From a virus, in IMG/VR virus record IMGVR_UViG_3300026544_000001, positions 32,001 through 96,000 of that record: a stretch of 64,000 bases of DNA. One strand, written 5' to 3'. A program made the position numbers and the translations under genes. Below, one piece after another: positions 58,733-64,000 of this stretch. Each line of letters begins with the position of its first letter. Position 1 is the stretch's first letter. Below the pieces are notes generated by a model. The model was not told the DNA's origin and searched no databases. It was given only the letters and a program-made list of their open reading frames with translations.

Positions 58733-60391
58733 ATGGCTGATAACGTGACTTCGGATGATTTAGAAAAGGCATTGAGTGATTTAGCAGAGTCTATGGGGCT
58801 TTCTGTAAAAGAATACGTAGAAGGTGGTTTCTTAGACCTAACAACATATAATGAGGCTCAATCAGCAGTAATTGCAAGATTAGATGCAATTGATGTAATT
58901 GATGCAGAAGATGATGTTGAAACAATAGCAGAGAAGCTTATTGCAATTAATAAAGTACTAAGTGATGATGATGGAGTATTACAAAATATTCTAAATATGA
59001 TTAATGATAATCAATCACAAATCGTTACTGAGTCAGATAGAGCAAAAGGTGTTGAAGCTGGATTAAGAACAGATGTTGATAATGCTACTTCAAAAGGTAA
59101 TGCTAATGAATCTGCAATCAATGATATCAAATCTGGTATAAGTGATTACAAAACTACTACTGAAGATAGATTCACAGCAGTAGAAGGTAGAGTTACAGAT
59201 GATGAAGCTGCTATAGCTACATTAACTGCAGATGTTGATACAGAAGGTTCTGTAGCATACTCAGTTGAACAAGAAGCTATCAGAGCTAAATCAGTAAGTG
59301 GTAAACTTGCAGACTTATCTACAGATGATAAAGATTCATTAGTTGGTGCAATCAATGAAGTTCAAGCTGAAACAATAACTGCTCAAGCTGGTGTTGATGG
59401 TTTAGTAACTAGAATGGGTTCTGCTGAAGAAGCAATCAATACAATTAATGGTGACGTAGATACTGATGGTTCTATGGCTAAAGCTATTAAAGTTGCTGAT
59501 GATGCTGTAAGAGCTGACATTGCTGCTGATATTGAATCTACAAGAAGTGGATTACAAGATGGTATAGATGCTAACACAGGTGCAATCGCTGTATTAAATG
59601 GTGATGACGAAACAGAAGGTTCTGTTGCAAAAGCTATCAAAGATGCTACTGGTGGAGATATCAGTGATTTAAGTGATAGAATGGATGCTACTGAAGCTGC
59701 TACATCTACAAATAAATCATCTATTGATTTACTAAATGCTGATGATCAAACTGAAGGTTCAGTTGACTACAAAATAGCACAAGCTGCTGGTGAGTCAAAT
59801 GAAGTTACTGATGCACTATCTGATAGAATCACAGTAAACGAAGGTGATTTAGCTACACTTAAAGGTGATGCTGAGACTGAAGGTTCAGTTGCTAAACAAG
59901 TTGCTGATGCTAAAGCTGCTACTGATGCTGTAGTTGCTGATAACAAAGCTGCTATAGAGTCTACTGTATCTGATTTAGATGATAGAGTTGTTGCTAATAA
60001 AACTGCTGCTGCAGATGCACTAGCTGCTGCTAAAACTGAGTTAAGTGATTCAATCGCTGCTGAAGTAACTAGAGCTACAGACGCTGAAGTTGCATTAGGT
60101 GATAGAGTTAAAGTTAATGAAGATATCTTAAATGATACAACAGATGAAGATGATAACCTAGTTAAAGGTATCGTTACTAGAACATCTGATTTAGAGTCTG
60201 CATTAAGTGCACAAGCTCAAAAACAAATTGATGATCTTCAAGCTGCAATTGATGATTTAAAAGCTTACTCTGATTCAAATGATTTAAAAGCTGCTTCAAT
60301 GGATATTTGTGGTGTTCACAATAAATTCAGAGGTGCTCTTGGATTAGGTGATAAAGACTGTGGTGGTGACGGAGACGGTGAGGCTGTATAG
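58733..60391 (+). CDS. Acidic coiled-coil structural (fibre-like) protein
   Basis: Repeated LNGDxxTEGSV motifs; LxTxDKxSLVGAINE; D/A-rich. Confidence 0.75.
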   Translation: MADNVTSDDLEKALSDLAESMGLSVKEYVEGGFLDLTTYNEAQSAVIARLDAIDVIDAEDDVETIAEKLIAINKVLSDDDGVLQNILNMINDNQSQIVTESDRAKGVEAGLRTDVDNATSKGNANESAINDIKSGISDYKTTTEDRFTAVEGRVTDDEAAIATLTADVDTEGSVAYSVEQEAIRAKSVSGKLADLSTDDKDSLVGAINEVQAETITAQAGVDGLVTRMGSAEEAINTINGDVDTDGSMAKAIKVADDAVRADIAADIESTRSGLQDGIDANTGAIAVLNGDDETEGSVAKAIKDATGGDISDLSDRMDATEAATSTNKSSIDLLNADDQTEGSVDYKIAQAAGESNEVTDALSDRITVNEGDLATLKGDAETEGSVAKQVADAKAATDAVVADNKAAIESTVSDLDDRVVANKTAAADALAAAKTELSDSIAAEVTRATDAEVALGDRVKVNEDILNDTTDEDDNLVKGIVTRTSDLESALSAQAQKQIDDLQAAIDDLKAYSDSNDLKAASMDICGVHNKFRGALGLGDKDCGGDGDGEAV

Positions 60392-60501
60392 TCTGACTGT
60401 TGATAATAGACTTGGGAAACCTTGTCTATTACCCACTATAGAGATACTATAGGTATTTGTATAGTGGGTTAAAACCTATTATATAACTAAAAGGATAAAT
60501 A

Positions 60502-61542
60502 ATGAAAAAAGTAAAAAAAGCATTTAATGTAGAATATGATTTAACAAGTCAAGAGTTTAAAGAAACAAAGATGGACATGGTATCAGAAAAATGTCAAACA
60601 ATGCATGGTGATAGTGTACTATGTAAAGTTATGACTTATTGTGTTCCAGATCATCAACTAGTTATTCATACTACTGCTGAGAATCAAGAGTTTATGGGTG
60701 CTCCAAGTATGGAACTAGCTATGAGACCATTAGCTGAACAATCGTTCTTAACAATGGACGATGATATGGTTAAAACATATGAGATCACAATTACAGCTAA
60801 TACAGATCTACCTGATTATGTTACAGCACTGAACATAGCCCAAGCTAAAGCTGATAAAATGTTCGAAGAAGATGATACTAAAATACCTCTTGTTACTGTT
60901 ATTGATTATAGATGGGGTAATTCTCCAGCTACAATAGGTGCTAGTATATTTACAAGTACAGATGAAGACGGTAATAGTATAAGTTTAATAGGTGCTACAG
61001 ATAGTGCTGCAGTAGTTCATGTAGGTGATGCTGAAGCTGGTGCAAAGGCTGCTGCGTGTACATTATACTGTGAAAAATGGGAAGATGGTGTTGACGATGT
61101 ATTCGTAAAAGATTATAGTGACTCGTTTGCTTATGGGTATAGAGTGGAATGCGACCTAGAAGTAACTAGTGATGATAAAAGTGGTTATATCTTTGGTGTG
61201 TACTACGCAGGAAAAGAGAGTTATGAAACAAATGGTATAACTTTATATATAGATGATGGAAAATTAACTCTTGATGCTGAAAAAGGTTCAGGGGATACTG
61301 TTCTTGTACATACTGATTTAGCTTTAGTAAAAGAGTCTACTCATTTAGTATATGATGCATACGTTACTTCAGATGGTAAGAAAAACGTATACATTAAATA
61401 CGGAGATGAAGAAGTAACTTTAGAAGATACTGGTTGGGATACTGGTTGTAGCAGATTCTACATACCTATGAATGACAACTGGTTAGAGGGTATGGTACTA
61501 TCAGACTTCCAAATGACACAACATACAGAAGCACAAGAATAA
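60502..61542 (+). CDS. Putative virion protein
   Basis: Acidic 346-aa ORF with RBS in the late region. Confidence 0.6.
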   Translation: MKKVKKAFNVEYDLTSQEFKETKMDMVSEKCQTMHGDSVLCKVMTYCVPDHQLVIHTTAENQEFMGAPSMELAMRPLAEQSFLTMDDDMVKTYEITITANTDLPDYVTALNIAQAKADKMFEEDDTKIPLVTVIDYRWGNSPATIGASIFTSTDEDGNSISLIGATDSAAVVHVGDAEAGAKAAACTLYCEKWEDGVDDVFVKDYSDSFAYGYRVECDLEVTSDDKSGYIFGVYYAGKESYETNGITLYIDDGKLTLDAEKGSGDTVLVHTDLALVKESTHLVYDAYVTSDGKKNVYIKYGDEEVTLEDTGWDTGCSRFYIPMNDNWLEGMVLSDFQMTQHTEAQE

Positions 61543-61550
61543 CCTTACCA

Positions 61551-61570
61551 ATACACTCTTCGGAGTGTAT
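61551..61570 (+). terminator. UUCG-capped hairpin
   Basis: atacactc-ttcg-gagtgtat just after the stop codon. Confidence 0.55.
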
Positions 61571-61594
61571 GAGTAAGTTTATAAAGGAAAAGAA

Positions 61595-61933
61595 ATGACA
61601 TTAACCATAGATATGTATACAGATAAAAGTATTAAAGGATCACTTGATATACAGGTAGATAATTACTTAAAAGCTAAGTTACATAGAGTATACCAACAAC
61701 CTACATTTGTATTTATAAATAAATTTTGCTATAATAAACTACCAAAAGAAAATAGAGATAGTATAACAACTATGGACAGTAATACAGAAACAGAAATGAC
61801 AGTTGAAGAGATACTAGCTACAGATGTTATGTTTATATTAACTAGTAAAGAAAACAATAATATAGATGAGTTTGTAGATTTAGTACAACAGTATACTGGT
61901 GAGGAACTTAAGTATTTGGTAGTAGATTATTAG
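61595..61933 (+). CDS. Hypothetical protein
   Basis: ORF with RBS. Confidence 0.65.
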   Translation: MTLTIDMYTDKSIKGSLDIQVDNYLKAKLHRVYQQPTFVFINKFCYNKLPKENRDSITTMDSNTETEMTVEEILATDVMFILTSKENNNIDEFVDLVQQYTGEELKYLVVDY

Positions 61934-61942
61934 GAGAGGTAT

Positions 61943-63268
61943 ATGGGTATCAGTGTAGAAGACGATATAATAATAGTAACTGACGGTACCTACTCTACTA
62001 AAGACATATGTGATGCCCTAGATAATGAGTATGCACAAGAACTAACAGACAATATATATCATATTAAAAAATCAATATTTATAGGTAACAAAGATTGTAC
62101 AGGAGAAGCTGAACTAATCGATGCTGGTGTGGTAATAAAAGCAGATGGAGAGTATTTCCAAGTACATAAAGGAAGTAAACTACAACTAGGTGAACTACGA
62201 GATAATGGTACTACTGTAAATGGGTGTACACTAATAGGTAAAAACTTAACTAAGTACTATGGTTTTGGTGGGGGTGCTGACACTGATGGTAACGGTAGAT
62301 CAACAGACATTAGTGGTGATCTATACCTATATGGGTGTACTATAGATATGTGGACATTCTGGAGTTGGTTCAGAGGTGAAGATCAAGAAGTAAAAATAGT
62401 TGATTGTATTGTAAATGGCTATGGACGTATACAAGGAGAAACTAGTATAGTTCGTAATATTACTATAGAGAAAAGTAATGGTAGATATGGAGTACTTAGT
62501 CCTAAAGGTAGATTAGCAGAGTATAGAAATATATCAGTAGGTAGTACTGATGGTACAAGTGAAGAAGCTGCCATATATTGGAACCCTCAATTAGCTCCTT
62601 ATATGAGAATAGATGGTGGTGTATTTAGTGGATATGAAAATCTAATATATACAGAAGAAGCTGGTGATGAGAAAGGATATCTTGAATTTGTTGGTAGTGA
62701 GATACTAGATGGGTTACAAAGATACACTAAAGATGATAAGAGTGATGTATATGTAAAGTATATCTATAATCCTGTACTATGTGACATCAATGGTGATGTT
62801 ATGGATGGATTAGATATACAAGTGCTAGATACTGAAGATAATGAAATCTGGTCTGGTACTAGTGATACAGATGGTAAAATTTATGTTGAACTAATGACTG
62901 CTAGACAGATAGGTGAAGATGACATAGAATACTTCACTAGGTACAAAATGAAAGGTGTAATAGATGATATAGACTTTGAATTTTGTTTTGAGATAACTAG
63001 TAACATAATAGATGTAAATGTAGTTATACCTGCCTGTGTAGCTACTAGTAGTGGAAGTGAAGCTGTAGACTACGATAGGATACAAGCTATGCTAGATAGC
63101 TGTAAGGACGATGTATGTGAATGTAATAGTGTTAGTACTGATCTATTAATAAGTAAAGTTAACACTATAAGTGAAACTCAAATGGAGCTAATGTTAGCTG
63201 TTGGTAGTGAAGTAGCTGAAACCCAGACATATGTACAATCCGTAGACAATGGAAGTATGTTAGTCTAG
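61943..63268 (+). CDS. Putative virion protein with beta-helix-like region and Ig-like domain
   Basis: Beta-rich G/I/N pattern; function inferred from context. Confidence 0.6.
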   Translation: MGISVEDDIIIVTDGTYSTKDICDALDNEYAQELTDNIYHIKKSIFIGNKDCTGEAELIDAGVVIKADGEYFQVHKGSKLQLGELRDNGTTVNGCTLIGKNLTKYYGFGGGADTDGNGRSTDISGDLYLYGCTIDMWTFWSWFRGEDQEVKIVDCIVNGYGRIQGETSIVRNITIEKSNGRYGVLSPKGRLAEYRNISVGSTDGTSEEAAIYWNPQLAPYMRIDGGVFSGYENLIYTEEAGDEKGYLEFVGSEILDGLQRYTKDDKSDVYVKYIYNPVLCDINGDVMDGLDIQVLDTEDNEIWSGTSDTDGKIYVELMTARQIGEDDIEYFTRYKMKGVIDDIDFEFCFEITSNIIDVNVVIPACVATSSGSEAVDYDRIQAMLDSCKDDVCECNSVSTDLLISKVNTISETQMELMLAVGSEVAETQTYVQSVDNGSMLV

Positions 63269-63309
63269 GCATAGACTATAAATATATGACATAAACATTG
63301 GAGAATGCT

Positions 63310-64000
63310 ATGAAAAAAGCAGGAATAGAATACCTAATAGGTAGAGATTTAAATCCGGATTTTACTGGACTAGCTGACACTTTTAGTGCTAAATATAAGT
63401 TAAAAGGTGATACAGATTGGACTGATGTAGAAGGTTCATTTGAAGAAGATGGTGCAGGTGTATATAGATTACCTATTACATACCCAAGTAAAGGTGTATA
63501 TACAGTATTAATAGAAAGTACTGATGCACGAGTTAATACTATGAGTGCATTAACAATAGTTGATGATGCAAGTATAGATGATGTAAAAGAAGTAGTTGAT
63601 GCTTTAGTTACTACATTAGATGCAGTTAAAACACAAGTAGATACATTAGATGAAGAAACAGTTAATGGTATCAGTGATAAAGTTATAGCTGTTGATGATA
63701 AATTAGTTGAATTAAAAGGTCTATTAAGTGATACTGATGATGATGCTGTTGTATCATTAAGAGAATTACTACAAGATATCACAGATGCTGGTTCTGATAG
63801 AGACGGTGTTATTAGTGCATTAACAGGATACACTGATGGTGTTGAGGCTATGCTTCAAGGTTTAGAGTATGTAGATGCTGATGGTAATACAGTTAGTGCT
63901 GATGACTCATATGGCTTAAAAGACATCTATGATGCTATTACAGCTGGTAATGATGATAGTACTGTAGCTGATAAAGTAGATGCAGTTAAAGCAGTTGTAG
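63310..64000 (+). CDS. Acidic virion protein, truncated by the window end
   Basis: GGAG RBS, then MKKAGIEYLIGRDLNPDF...; frame appears open to the end of the window. Confidence 0.75.
   Translation, partial: MKKAGIEYLIGRDLNPDFTGLADTFSAKYKLKGDTDWTDVEGSFEEDGAGVYRLPITYPSKGVYTVLIESTDARVNTMSALTIVDDASIDDVKEVVDALVTTLDAVKTQVDTLDEETVNGISDKVIAVDDKLVELKGLLSDTDDDAVVSLRELLQDITDAGSDRDGVISALTGYTDGVEAMLQGLEYVDADGNTVSADDSYGLKDIYDAITAGNDDSTVADKVDAVKAVV

Noticed and set aside
28760-59640. Minus-strand S/L/I-rich ORFs in the late region and plus-strand ORFs in the early arm
   Set aside because: They are antisense shadows of real genes caused by codon bias and lack RBS support.
63276-63833. Minus-strand 185-aa ORF
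   Set aside because: It is the antisense shadow of the plus-strand gene starting at 63310, which the track missed because it runs off the window.
1-64000. Alternative genetic code
   Set aside because: Long genes are intact under the standard code, all three stop codons end genes, and no suppressor tRNA was seen.

Overview
This window is part of an AT-rich, N4-like (Schitoviridae-related) phage genome, probably infecting Campylobacterota. The host call rests on recurrent TTAAG-N~11-TATAAT promoters and AAGGA ribosome-binding sites. The window appears to cross the junction of the genome ends at about 24.9-25.3 kb. The left arm (1-24.9 kb, minus strand) is an early/middle region of many small ORFs. 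It also carries a compact single-chain T7-type RNA polymerase, an AAA ATPase/vWA pair, an ATP-dependent DNA ligase, VRR-NUC and HNH nucleases, a signal-peptide lysozyme, three wHTH/Rep-like genes with upstream repeat arrays and an atypical tRNA-Lys. The right arm (plus strand) holds N4-type terminase subunits, very acidic tail-fibre and lectin proteins, a plasmid-replicon-like module, tRNA-Ala and tRNA-Asp with an adjacent endonuclease, and a lysis cassette. The most striking feature is a signalling kit built into and beside that lysis cassette: a stand-alone HD-GYP phosphodiesterase, a stand-alone receiver protein, a stand-alone membrane Cache-like sensor and a membrane histidine kinase. All family calls are from motif recognition by eye; no searches were run.
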